This document shows, piece after piece, positions 1 to 16,197 of a DNA stretch of 44,973 nucleotides; the stretch's first letter is position 1; each line of letters starts with the position of its first letter. The notes beneath the pieces are model-generated. The model ran no database searches. It was given only the letters and a program-made list of their open reading frames with translations, and was not told the DNA's origin. The position numbers and the translations under genes are program-made. Source of the DNA: Eledone cirrhosa (lineage: Eukaryota). The stretch is taken from positions 1 to 44,973 of the forward strand of contig CAXHJY010000220.1 of NCBI GenBank assembly GCA_964016885.1, given 5' to 3'.

Positions 1-5
1 TAATA

Positions 6-3398
<3,393 letters not shown>

Positions 3399-3452
3399 AG
3401 CGGCGATGAATTAGTTTTGCGAGGTTTTTTATATGAAATCGTCGTGTCGAAA

Positions 3453-3562
3453 GAAATATTGTTATACTTGGTCGAGGGTCATATTTGTGTAATATTGCCA
3501 GAATTAATAACAGAACACACTCATTGTTTGGTTGGTTTTCGCTTCTCGCTATCTTTTATATC
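3453..3562 (+). mobile_element. short dispersed repeat, probably a PLE terminal (pseudo-LTR) fragment
   Basis: ATATTGTTATAC..GAGGGTCATATTTG..TAATATTGCCAGAATTAATAACAG..TGTTTGGTTGGTTTTCGCTTCTCGCT recurs in reverse complement at ~37932-38037. Both copies lie next to (TA)n. Confidence 0.6.
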
Positions 3563-3659
3563 GGTAATCTAACTTACTCGGTCCTCAATGTTGCCATTGA
3601 CTGACCGACGGTCAAAAATAATACAGATACAATATAGACACAAACACATATATATAGTT

Positions 3660-3703
3660 TATTATAAATCTTTCGTTGCACATCTGCAACATCGTCAGTG
3701 GTG
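3660..3703 (-). ncRNA. degenerate type I hammerhead ribozyme in the PLE 3' region
   Basis: Minus strand reads cacca CTGACGA T GTTGCA-gatg-TGCAAC GAAA gatt TA taata. The core and a 6-bp stem II are intact; stem I is mismatched. Confidence 0.6.
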
Positions 3704-3922
3704 TTATATTTTCCTCCTGTTGTGTTGTACGTCTACGCCATTTTTTATTCAGTCTCTCTATATATTTATTTATTTATTTGCTTGTTTGTTTATTTTATTT
3801 TGTCTTGTTTGTGTGTGTGTATAGTGTTATGTTTGCTGTGTGATGGGTGACTAGTGTGTGTTTATGTGCTTGTGTTATTGTGCTTGTGTATGTATTTATT
3901 TATCTTTTTTTTATTTACTTAT

Positions 3923-4440
3923 TTATACTTCTCTTAGGTCAGTGTTGTTTGTTTGGGTGTTGTTATTATTCCATTCATTCTTTCTGTTTAGCTTTGGTCT
4001 TCTAATTTCTATTTCACTGGCCTCTCTGATTTGCCTATCTGCTGGGTCATTTCTATGTTTAGATATTATTCTAATTTCTATGTTGTCTATGTTACCGTCA
4101 TGTTGTTGTCTAGCATGTTCGTATAGTACTGACCCGTTTTTTCGTCCTTTTAGTTCGCCCCAGTGTTGGTCTATCCTTTCACCTATGTATGTTGTTGTCA
4201 TGTTTCTGCAAGTACCCTCTGTACATCTTATGCTATAGACTACGTTTCTAGTTTTACAGTTTATCCGAGGGTTCACCTTACATATGATACATTTCCTATT
4301 GGTACAGTGGGTTTTCTTAAAAGGGTAGGTTTTGCTGATCAGGGATTTTATGGTGGTTCCTGGCTTTTCTACCACCTTTATTTTTAAGTGGGTCTTTCTC
4401 AGGGCCTTTCTACACTGGTTAGCTAATTTCCCCTCCAGGG
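3923..4440 (-). pseudogene. PLE GIY-YIG endonuclease domain, frameshifted from the RT
   Basis: CTNRKCIIC linker; CKTRNVVYSIRC...TYIGE (VVY/YIG); HARQQH; RQIREA; LNRKNEWN. Residues appear deleted after YIGE. Confidence 0.88.
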
Positions 4441-5391
4441 GTGGCGTCCACAAACATGACACTCTGGTATCTCTGGTTGTCGTACCATGATGTGGCTTTC
4501 CCTATCTTATGTCTAGCCCTATCTAAGCTATTCCATGATTTGCTACTGTATAATGGGCAAATTCCTTTCATGTCCAGTTCTATGAGGGTCTTGTACTTTT
4601 CCATGGCTCCTTCGTATACTCTGACGCTGTCTCTTTGGTTGTAGCCAGAGAACTGCATGCGGTTGATGAAGTGTTGGATGTGTCTTTCCATTTCTGTTGG
4701 GTCGCACATGCGGGACACATTCTTCATCACTCGTACCAAATCTGCCATCAGAATATTAAACTTAGCACTACTGGACATTGCTGAGTTTTTGAGTATCAGG
4801 TATTTGGAGGCCATAGGTTTAGCATAGTGTGAGTGGAGAATTTGGGCTCTCTCGTCTATAGTGTTAATCCAGAGTTCTGTGTCTAATACAGGTAGTCTAT
4901 TGTTAGGGTGTTTGGAAGGGAAGTCGATAGTTACAGTTATACTCTGGTGTATGGAATTAGCTATCTGCCGGATGCTTTCCATCGTGCTACGTTCTAAATC
5001 AAACTTGTTAGTGCTCTCTAGTGGGGGTGTTCTTATAACTATATTGATATCGTCTACATAACGAGAGTACATGATGAGGTCTATGGAGCTTTCATTAAGG
5101 AGATCTTTAAGTCTCCTTTCCCACCATACCATGAAAAGGTTGGCAACATCAGCTATGCTGACGCCGATGGCTGCTCCCTCATTTTGGGTGTAGATTTTCT
5201 CATTGAACTTAAATATGTGGCCCTTTGGGGTAGTTTTGATACTAGCCCCTATTGCATGTGCGACCATTTTTCTTACCTGATCATTGTTTTGGGGGGTCCG
5301 TATAGCTTTGGTCCACCAATCCACCTTCCCATGGGAGTCTTTTTGCCATTGAGGTTATGGTGGGGGGGTCTACCTCTTATAGGTCTACTAT
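4419..5391 (-). pseudogene. PLE reverse transcriptase C-terminal half and thumb
   Basis: [17 protein letters not shown]...ANLFMVWWE; catalytic YSRYVDD; LPVLDTELW; HYAKPMAS. Frameshift near FVDATPGG (~4430). Confidence 0.92.
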
Positions 5392-5444
5392 ATTTATGTA
5401 TATATATGTATATGTATATATATGTATATATATATATATGTATA

Positions 5445-5510
<66 letters not shown>

Positions 5511-6352
5511 AATATAAATGTATATATATAAATGTATATGTATATATAAATGTATATGTATATATATAAATGTATATGTATATATATAAATGTATATATA
5601 TAAATGTATATGTATATATATAAATGTATATATGTATATGTATATATATAAATATATATGTTTATGTATATATATAAATATATATATGTGTATGTATATA
5701 TACATATGTATATATATATGTATATGTATATATATGTATATTATGTGTATGTATATATATGTATATATGTGTATGTATATATACATATGTATATATATAT
5801 GTATATGTATATATATGTATATATGTATATGTATATATATGTGTATATGTGTATATATATGTATATATGTATATATATGTGTATATGTATATATATATGT
5901 ATATATATATATGTATATATATATATGTCATATATATATATGTATATATATGTATATATATATATGTATGTATATATATGTATATATATGTATATATATG
6001 TATATGTAATATATATGTATATATATATGTATATATATATGTATATATATATATGTATATATATATGTATATATATGTATATATATATATGTATATATAT
6101 ATGTATATATATATGTATATATATATGTATATATATATGTATATATATATGTATATATATATGTATATATATATATGTATATATATATGTATATATATAT
6201 GTATATATATATGTATATATATATGTATATGTATATATATATGTATATGTATATATATATGTGTATATATATATGTGTATATATATATGTGTATATATAT
6301 GTGTATATATATATGTGTATATATATATGTGTATATATATATGTATATGTAT

Positions 6353-6412
<60 letters not shown>

Positions 6413-6555
6413 GTATATATATGTGTATATATATATGTATATATGTATATGTATATATGTATATGTATGTATATGTATATATATATGTATATGAATGTAT
6501 ATATATGTATATGTATATATGTATATATATGTATATATATATATGTATATATATG

Positions 6556-6602
<47 letters not shown>

Positions 6603-6681
6603 GTGTATATGTATATATGTATATGTATATATGTATATGTATATATATATGTATATATATATATATGTATATATATATATG

Positions 6682-6758
<77 letters not shown>

Positions 6759-6851
6759 GTATATATATATATGTATATATATATATGTATATATATATAT
6801 GTATATATATATATGTATATATATATATGTATATATGTATATATATATATG

Positions 6852-6896
<45 letters not shown>

Positions 6897-7951
6897 ATGT
6901 ATATATGTATATGTATATATGTATATGTATATATGTATATATATATATGTATATATATATATATGTATATATGTGTATATATATATATATGTGTATATAT
7001 ATATATATGTGTATATATATATATGTATATGTGTAAATATATATATATATATATATGTATATGTATATATATATGTATATGTATATATATGTATATGTAT
7101 GTATATGTATATATATGTATATGTATATATATGCATATGTATATATATGTATATGTATATGTATATATATGTATATGTATGTATATGTATATATATGTAT
7201 GTATATGTATATATATATGTATATATATGTATATGTATATATATGTATATATATGTATATGTATATATATGTATATGTATATGTATGTATATGTATATAT
7301 ATGTATATGTATATGTATATATATATGTATATATATATGTATATATATATATATGTATATGTATATGTATATATATATGTATATATATATGTATATATAT
7401 ATATATGTATATGTATATATGTATATATATGTATATGTATATATGTATGTATATATATATATATATGTATGTATATATATATATGTATATATATATGTAT
7501 ATATATATATGTATATATATATGTATATGTATATATATATGTATATATATATGCATATGTATATGTATATATATGTATATGTATGTATATGTATATATAT
7601 GTATATGTATATATATGTATATATATGTATATGTATATATATGTATATATATGTATATATATGTATATATATGTATATGTATATATATGTATATATATGT
7701 ATATATATGTATATGTATGTATATGTATATATATGTATATGTATATATATGTATATATATGTATATGTATATATATGTATATATATGTATATGTATATAT
7801 ATGTATATATATGTATATGTATATATATGTATATATATGTATATGTATATATATGTATATATATGTATATGTATATATGTATATGTATATATGTGTATAT
7901 ATGTATATATATATATGTATGTATATGTATATATATATATGTATATATATG

Positions 7952-8002
<51 letters not shown>

Positions 8003-8015
8003 GTATATATATATG

Positions 8016-8048
<33 letters not shown>

Positions 8049-8111
8049 GTATATATATGTATATATATGTATATATATATATATGTATATATATGTATAT
8101 ATATATATATG

Positions 8112-8206
<95 letters not shown>

Positions 8207-9026
8207 GTATATATATATATGTATATATATATATGTATATATATATGTATATGTATATATATATATGTATATATATATGTATATATATATGTATATATAT
8301 ATATGTATATATATATGTATATATATATGTATATATATATGTATATATATATGTATATATGTATATGTATATGTATAATGTATATGTATATATATATATG
8401 TATATATATATGTATATATATATGTATATATATATGTATATATATATATATATATATATGTATTATATATGTATATATATGTATATATATATATGTATAT
8501 ATATATGTATATATATATGTATATATATATATGTATATATATATGTATATATATATATGTATATATATATGTATATATATATGTATATATATATGTATAT
8601 ATATATGTATATATGTATATATATATGTATATATATATGTATATATATATATATATGTATATATGTATATATATATGTATATATATATATATATGTATAT
8701 GTATGATATATATATGTATATATATATATATGTATATATATATTCTCTTTTACCTGTTTCAGCCAAAAGAGAATATATATATATACATATATATATATAC
8801 ATATATATATACATACATATATATATGTATATATGTATATATATATGTATATATATGTATATATATATATGTATATATATATATATGTATATGTATATGT
8901 ATATATATATGTATATATATATATATGTATATGTATATATATATATTCTCTTTTACCTGTTTCAGCCAAAAGAGAATATATATATACATATATATATACA
9001 TACATATATATATGTATATATATATG

Positions 9027-9089
<63 letters not shown>

Positions 9090-9112
9090 GTATATATATG
9101 TATATATATATG

Positions 9113-9195
<83 letters not shown>

Positions 9196-9218
9196 GTATA
9201 TATATGTATATATATATG

Positions 9219-9274
<56 letters not shown>

Positions 9275-9709
9275 TGTATATATATGTATATATATATGTA
9301 TATGTATATATATATGTATATGTATATATATATGTATATATATATATGTATATGTATATATATATGTATATGTATATATATATGTATATATATATATGTA
9401 TATGTATATATATATGTATATATATATATGTATATATATGTATATATATATATGTATATATATATATGTATATATATGTATATATATATATGTATATATA
9501 TGTATATATATATATGTATATATATATATGTATATATATATATGTATATATATGTATATATATATATGTATATATATATATGTATATATGTATATATGTA
9601 TATATGTATATATATGTATATATGTATATGTATATATGTATATGTATATATATGTATATATATGTATATATGTATATGTATATATATATATGTATATATA
9701 TATATGTAT

Positions 9710-9741
<32 letters not shown>

Positions 9742-9810
9742 GTATATATATGTATATATATATATATATGTATATATATGTATATATATATATATATGTA
9801 TATGTATATG

Positions 9811-9879
<69 letters not shown>

Positions 9880-9938
9880 GTATATATATATGTATATATA
9901 TGTATATATGTATATATATATATGTATGTATATATATG

Positions 9939-10002
<64 letters not shown>

Positions 10003-10056
10003 TGTATATGTATATATATGTATATGTATATATGTATATGTATATATATGTATATG

Positions 10057-10087
<31 letters not shown>

Positions 10088-10128
10088 GTATATGTATATA
10101 TATATGTATATGTATATGTATATATATG

Positions 10129-10159
<31 letters not shown>

Positions 10160-10215
10160 GTATATGTATATATATGTATATGTATATATATGTATATGTA
10201 TATATATATATATGT

Positions 10216-10247
<32 letters not shown>

Positions 10248-10311
10248 GTATATATATGTATATGTATATATATATGTATATGTATATATATGTATATATA
10301 TATATATATGT

Positions 10312-10343
<32 letters not shown>

Positions 10344-11035
10344 GTATGTATATGTATATATATGTATATGTATATATATATGTATATGTATATATATGTA
10401 TATGTATATATATATGTATATGTATATGTATATGTATATATATGTATATGTATATGTATATATATATGTATATATATGTATATGTATATATGTATATATA
10501 TGTATATATGTATGTATATGTATATATGTATGTATATATATATGTATATGTATATATGTATATATATGTATATGTATATGTATATATGTATATATATGTA
10601 TATGTATATGTATATATATGTATATATATGTATATGTATATGTATATATATATGTATATGTATATGTATATATATGTATATATATATGTATGTATATGTA
10701 TATATATGTATATATATATGTATGTATATGTATATATATGTATATATATATGTATGTATATGTATATATATGTATATGTATATGTATATATATGTATATA
10801 TATGTATATATATATGTATATATATGTATATATATATATATATATATACGTGTGTGTATATATATATGTATATATAAATGTATATATATATGTATATGTG
10901 TATATATATGTGTGTGTGTATATATATGTGTGTATATATATATATATATATGTGCGTGTGTATATATATGCGTATATATATATATGTGTGTATATATATG
11001 CGTATATATATATGTGTATATAAATATATATATGA
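5392..11035. repeat. compound (TA)n/(TATG)n microsatellite array (~5.6 kb)
   Basis: Same TA/TG alternation, interrupted only by two short non-repeat islands at ~8743 and ~8946. Confidence 0.99.
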
Positions 11036-11079
11036 ACATATAGGGAGCTCAAAGATAGGACAACACACGGTTTTTCGTG

Positions 11080-11468
11080 GGGGTAAGTTTTTATTAATTT
11101 TCGTATTCTGAAAGACAAAAATACAACAATAATTTTTACTCATTGGAAGCCGGGAAACGTTCTGAGAAATATTCCATATATTCTTCCAGAGCCATCTCTA
11201 TTTAAAAATTTACATTTTACGCTTACATGTCCGCTATTGCAAAAAGCCATAAATTCAAAATTTTGGGGGTAAGATTTTATTAATTTTCGTATTCTGAAAG
11301 ACCAAAATACAACAATAATTGTTGCTCATTAGAAGCCGGGAAAGGTATTGAGAAAAGCTGTGAAGCTCCAGAAATATTCCATATATTCATCCAGAGCAAT
11401 CCCTATTTAAAATTTACATTCTAAGCTTACTTGTCCGCCATTGCAAAAGGCCATAAATTCAAATTTTT
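11080..11468 (+). repeat. diverged tandem duplication (~185 + ~204 nt)
   Basis: GGGGGTAAG..TTATTAATTTTCGTATTCTGAAAGAC...GCCATAAATTCAAA occurs twice; copy 2 has an extra ~20 nt (AAGCTGTGAAGCTCCAGAAA). Confidence 0.9.
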
Positions 11469-11643
11469 AAAAGAGAGGAAAAGAGACAAGTGAACTATGA
11501 ACTTGTACATCTCAATGCCCCCCCTCCCCCGCCACCACAATAACAATAACGTCTACACTCGCTCCCCACCTTACCACATAACTCATTACTCTATCTAAGG
11601 TGGCTGACCTGTTGACAAACTGCTAACTCCTTTGATGTATGTA

Positions 11644-11692
<49 letters not shown>

Positions 11693-11719
11693 ATGTATAT
11701 CTCAGTGGATGCGACCAGC

Positions 11720-12150
11720 TTTCAACAGAGCAACAACTACAACAACAGCAGCAACAGCAACAATACCATTGTCTGTGTTGAATGTGTGTGTATGTATGTA
11801 TTTATATATATGCGACTACAATAACAGCAACAGCATCAGCAGCAGCAGTGAAATGAAGAACAACGGCAACAACAACAATAACAACGACAGCAACAACTGC
11901 CACCACCATCACCATACTGACACCATCCACCACCATCACTGGCATCATCCACTGCCATCCACCACCACCACAACCACCACCATCACTGGCACCATCCACC
12001 ACCATCACTTACACCATCCACCACCATCACTTACAACTTCCACCACCACCACTACAACCACTGCCACCATCACTTGCACCATCCACCATCACTGACACCA
12101 TCCACCACCTCCACCAACATCACTGACACTATCCACCACCATTACCAGCG
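11720..12150. repeat. degenerate trinucleotide tract, (CAA/CAG)n then (CAC/CAT)n
   Basis: Read directly from the sequence; includes recurring CACCATCCACCACCATCACT units. Confidence 0.9.
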
Positions 12151-12269
12151 TAAAGCAAACAATTATTATTATTATTATATAAAAACTGAACTGGACTGGG
12201 AAAAGTCAACAGTTGACATGATTTTGATTTTGTATCAGTACTGCCGGTAATATATATATATATATATAA

Positions 12270-12563
12270 ACGCATTATTACTCACATGTCGCATCCTTTC
12301 GACATCCAGAAAAAAGATTCACAACAGCTCTGGCTAGCAGAATATGGGATTTGAAAGACCAAGGTATCCAATATAAATTGGATTGGTCAATTTTGAACCA
12401 ATCTAAAGAATATGCAAGAGGAACAAGAAAATGCACACTCTGCATAAATGAAAAATATTGAATTTTACAAAACCTTAAATCACCAAAAACCTGCCTAAAT
12501 ACAAAGACAGAAATCTTTACCAGTTGCCCACACATGAAATCACACTTGCTTTCCAGCTCATAA
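12270..12563 (+). pseudogene. PLE GIY-YIG C-terminal remnant with CxxC...CxH motif (Hydra-clade-like, tentative)
   Basis: Hand translation: HYYSHVASFRHPEKRFTTALASRIWDLKDQGIQYKLDWSILNQSKEYARGTRKCTLCINEKY*ILQNLKSPKTCLNTKTEIFTSCPHMKSHLLSSS*. Not in the ORF track. Confidence 0.8.
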
Positions 12564-13781
12564 ACTTAACACACTTTCAGATACTTATCCTCCATAAGCT
12601 CTCATTCTTCACTTAAATTATTCTCTTTAAAGACTACTCTTTCGGATTTACTTTCATTTTTAACCTTATTATTAATTTTAATTTAATTTTTATTTTTATT
12701 TTTACTTCACATCCACCAGTAAACCCCTCCCCCTCTTTTTATCCTTCGATTCACTTACCTAATATCTTCACTTTCCACTTTTTACTTCCCTATTTTCTTT
12801 ACTACCTGATTACATGATTTATACAAGTCACTTGCGTTTTCCACTCCAGATATTTTCTGTTATTTCGCAGCCAATTTTATATTTTTATATTTGTACCCAT
12901 TTATTCATAAGGCTGTTTTACACCCTGTATCTATGTGTCTGAGCGTCTTTATGTGTGTATACGTTCTGTATATGTACACGAACGCCTTCGTATGCGCGTG
13001 TGCGTGCGTGTATATATATGTGTATGTATGTGTGCTTTTATATCTGTGTTTTTATGTTTTTTACAGTCTTATTTTTATGTGTACATGTAAGCGGGTCAAT
13101 GTACGTGAATATGTTTGTGTGTATGTGTGTGTATATGTGCGTACATACGTGTGATTAGATATACATGGGACGATATGTATGTATATATGTACGCATGCAT
13201 ACGCTTTTGTCTGTACGTATTGCGTGTATATATATATTTTCTTATAGATATGTTTTTTATAGATATATGTGTATGTACGCGTGTATCTTTTCTTTTCTCT
13301 AGTGTTAATTGACTACTTTCTCTTTCATTTAAATATTTTTTCTTTCTCACATATTGTTTAATTTATACATATATCGAGAATGACACTTTCTTTTAACTAT
13401 TACACTCCCTTCCCCCTTTATCTTCCGCATATAAGTGATCGCGCGTGTGTATGTGTTTATACGCGTGCTTTCATACTCATGTGTATCTAATACCTGCTTC
13501 TGGATTCGTGTCAACTAGATTATATCCGTATTTGTGGTTACATATACACAAATATACTTGCCCTCATATATGTACTTACGCACACATTTTCACCATACAC
13601 ACGCATTTGTACATACATATGTACATTCGTGAGTGTATATACATATATATACACACACCTAACTATATTTCCTTTTTTTTTTAAATATATTTTATATGTC
13701 TATTGCATTACCTTTATTTATATATATATATATTTTTTGCATTTCTTGAGGAGACTTTCCAAATATTTCACTATGTTTTAT

Positions 13782-13859
13782 ATTGCCTTGTTCGACGAAC
13801 GAATGAGGACGTTTCTTTCGTATTCCTCTTATTCGGGAAACCTCTGGTAATGAGGTAAT
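13782..13859 (+). ncRNA. variant type I hammerhead ribozyme
   Basis: Stem I ATTGCCTTGT/ATGAGGTAAT (10 bp including G-U); core TCGACGA; long stem II CGAATGAGGA...TCCTCTTATTCG; GAAA; stem III CC-tct-GG; GUA site. Confidence 0.65.
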
Positions 13860-13978
13860 TATATTGTATTGTTTATTATACATTAAATTTTGCTCTGGTA
13901 CTTACATAGAGCACTCTTCACTCCTATGACTTTTTCAATTCCAAAGGAAACTTCAATATATATATATATATATATATA

Positions 13979-15069
13979 CTAGCATTAAAGCCCGGCGTTG
14001 CTCGGGGTCATTAAGTTACCAAAGTTAGGTTGCACCACCCATTTTATGGCAGCACTTTTTTGTCTGCCAGGCACTGGGTGAATGAATTGCAGACCTGGAA
14101 GCAGGAGCTGCGCCAGCAGTGACAATTGTAGTTTCACCTATGGATATTATCTCTGTGCAAAAAAGTGTTGAAATTTGTTTCACAGTACTTGCGCAACACG
14201 CGCGTAGACGATGCCAGCCGAACAACAGAGCTGCGATGGAGTTGTTCTGCATGGTTGTCTGTGTTTTCTAAATTTAACACAGTAGGGAGGGTTGTGATAT
14301 GAGGGAGAGTTAGCTGTTGTTTCTAGCAGGTTTAGTGACCTCATAGAGGATATGTGTTTTCTAAATTTAAGACAGTAGGGAGTGGTGTGATATGGAGGAG
14401 AGTTAGCTGCTGTTTCTAGCAGGTTTAGTGACCTCAGAAGATATGTTTTCTAAATTTAAGACAGTAGGGAGGGGTGTGGTATGGGGGAGAGTTAGCTGGT
14501 GTTTCTAGCAGGTTTAGTGACCTCATAGAGGATATTATTGTTTATCATTATCTATAAAAGGCAGATTGTTGTTGTTGTTGTTGAAGTGAGTGTGTTTGTA
14601 TGCGTTTGGAAAAGAGGTTTAAAAAAAAGATTTATTGCTTGTTGTTGAATAAATGTATCTGTTGCTTTTGAATAATTGTCGTTTCGTATGAAATGTAATA
14701 ATTTGAAGTATAAAAGAGAAAGTAGCAAAATGTGTGGGTTGTAGATAGAGGTAAGCAGATGATATGACAGAGTAATACGGACAGTATCACCATCAAGCTT
14801 GGAAAGAGAAAGTAGCAGAAAGTATGAAGTTATATAGATTTTGAATGGTAGTGGAAAGAGTTTAGCAGTTTAAATGACAGAGAAAAATCGTAAAATATTG
14901 ATTTTTATCTATTTTTTGCGTAATTGTGGGTGAAATTGAAAAAATGAGATGTGCCAAGACGCAATCGAAACTATTTCGAATACTGAATTGTAAATTTCAA
15001 TTGAAGAAATTCTATATCGTAGATTTCTATAAGAAAGGAGCATGACCACACACTGAGCTTTATAGATTA

Positions 15070-15072
<3 letters not shown>
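13979..15072 (-). mobile_element. non-autonomous Helitron (~1.1 kb)
   Basis: On the minus strand it begins A|TCATAATCTATATAAAG and ends with the GC hairpin CCCGAGCAACGCCGGG followed by CTAG|T. A|T insertion site, no TSD. Confidence 0.85.
14261..14534. repeat. three tandem ~90-nt units inside the Helitron
   Basis: TTTTCTAAATTTAA..CAGTAGGGAG..GAGAGTTAGCTG..GTTTCTAGCAGGTTTAGTGACCTCA three times. Confidence 0.95.
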
Positions 15073-15115
<43 letters not shown>

Positions 15116-15241
15116 TTGTATGCATGAGTGTGTGTGTGTGTGTGTGTGTTTGTATGCATGAGTGTGTGTGTGTGTTTGTATGCATGCATGAGTGTGTGTG
15201 TGTGTGTTTGTATGCATGAGTGTGTGTGTGTGTGTGTGTTT

Positions 15242-16143
15242 TTTATGACCATACTGTAAAATGGAGGGGTAGAGAGGGCCCTTGAGTCTAGTAAGACATC
15301 CTCTCTAGTGCTGGTGGCACAAATAAAAGTACCCAGTCCATGGTGTAAAGTGGCGCTGGTGTTAGGAAGGGCATCCAACCAGTGTATCAATGCCAAAGCG
15401 CTTGGCAGCACAGCAACAAATAGATAGGAACAACAACAAAATATGGAGACGTCGCATCTCAGAGTTGCAACACTTGATGTTGGCACTCTCAGAAGTAGAT
15501 CTGCTGAAATAGCGGAGATGCTGGAGAGAAGGCAGGTGGATGTGTGCTGCGTGCAAGAGGTGCCTCTGCGAGACTAGTCGTAGGCAAACATCTTAGCTAT
15601 AAGCTTTTCTGGGTAGGTAAGGATGATGGGTTAGGGGGAGTAGGCATTTTCCTGGCTGAGAGATGGATCAATAAGACAATAGATTTGTTCGAGTTAGTAA
15701 TTGAATAATTAAGCTTAGATTAGTTGTAGGCAGGAGACTACTGACAATCATCTCTGCCTATGCTCCCCAAGCAGGCCCCGTTGGATGTGCAGTGTAAATG
15801 TGTGTGAACGACCCAGCATGAATGTGTTGAGAGAGAAACTGTGTCTGAGAGGGATAGAATGTAGTGTACGGGAGTGGAGACTGAGGTGGTATGGACATGT
15901 GATGCGCATGGAGGATGACCGATGGGTGAAGAAGTGCCAGGAAATGCCAGTTGAAGGAAGACATGGTAGAGGTAGACCACGAAAAACATGGGCGGAGGTG
16001 GTGAGAACAGACCTCAGATCATTGAAGCTCACGGTGGAGATGACGAAGGACCGTGACGAGTGGAGAGATGCTGTGCTGAATAAGATCCGTCCCACCCTTG
16101 CAAGCAGGGAAAAGCGGACGTAAAATGATGTTGATGATGATGA
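15242..16143 (+). mobile_element. internally deleted RTE-clade LINE (5' UTR + APE start fused to the RT C-terminal tail)
   Basis: 5' motif GTTAGGAAGGGCATCC. ATG at 15443 gives METSHLRVATLDVGTLRSRSAEIAEMLERRQVDVCCVQEV...GGVGIF...ISAYAPQAG, joined at ~15778 to RWMC...[11 protein letters not shown]...GRGRPRKTW. Ends GCGGACGTAAAA(TGA)n. Confidence 0.88.
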
Positions 16144-16197
16144 TATATATGTGTATATATGTGCATATATATATATACACAATATCCCCCCCCCCCC

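Larger units (their letters stand above)
3640..5391 (-). mobile_element. 5'-truncated Penelope-like retroelement (RT plus C-terminal GIY-YIG), inserted in a TA microsatellite
   Basis: RT and GIY-YIG frames on the - strand, then a 3' UTR with an HHR core; multi-kb TA arrays on both sides. Confidence 0.9.
12269..13956 (+). mobile_element. second 5'-truncated PLE (GIY-YIG C-terminus, long 3' UTR, HHR) bounded by (TA)n
   Basis: Starts right after (TA)n at 12251-12268 and ends just before (TA)n at ~13957. Has a coding remnant and an HHR near the 3' end. Confidence 0.75.

Noticed and set aside
11643-12095. His/Thr/Asn-rich protein ORFs (also 29005, 34188, 40323)
   Set aside because: Products of trinucleotide and dinucleotide repeats.
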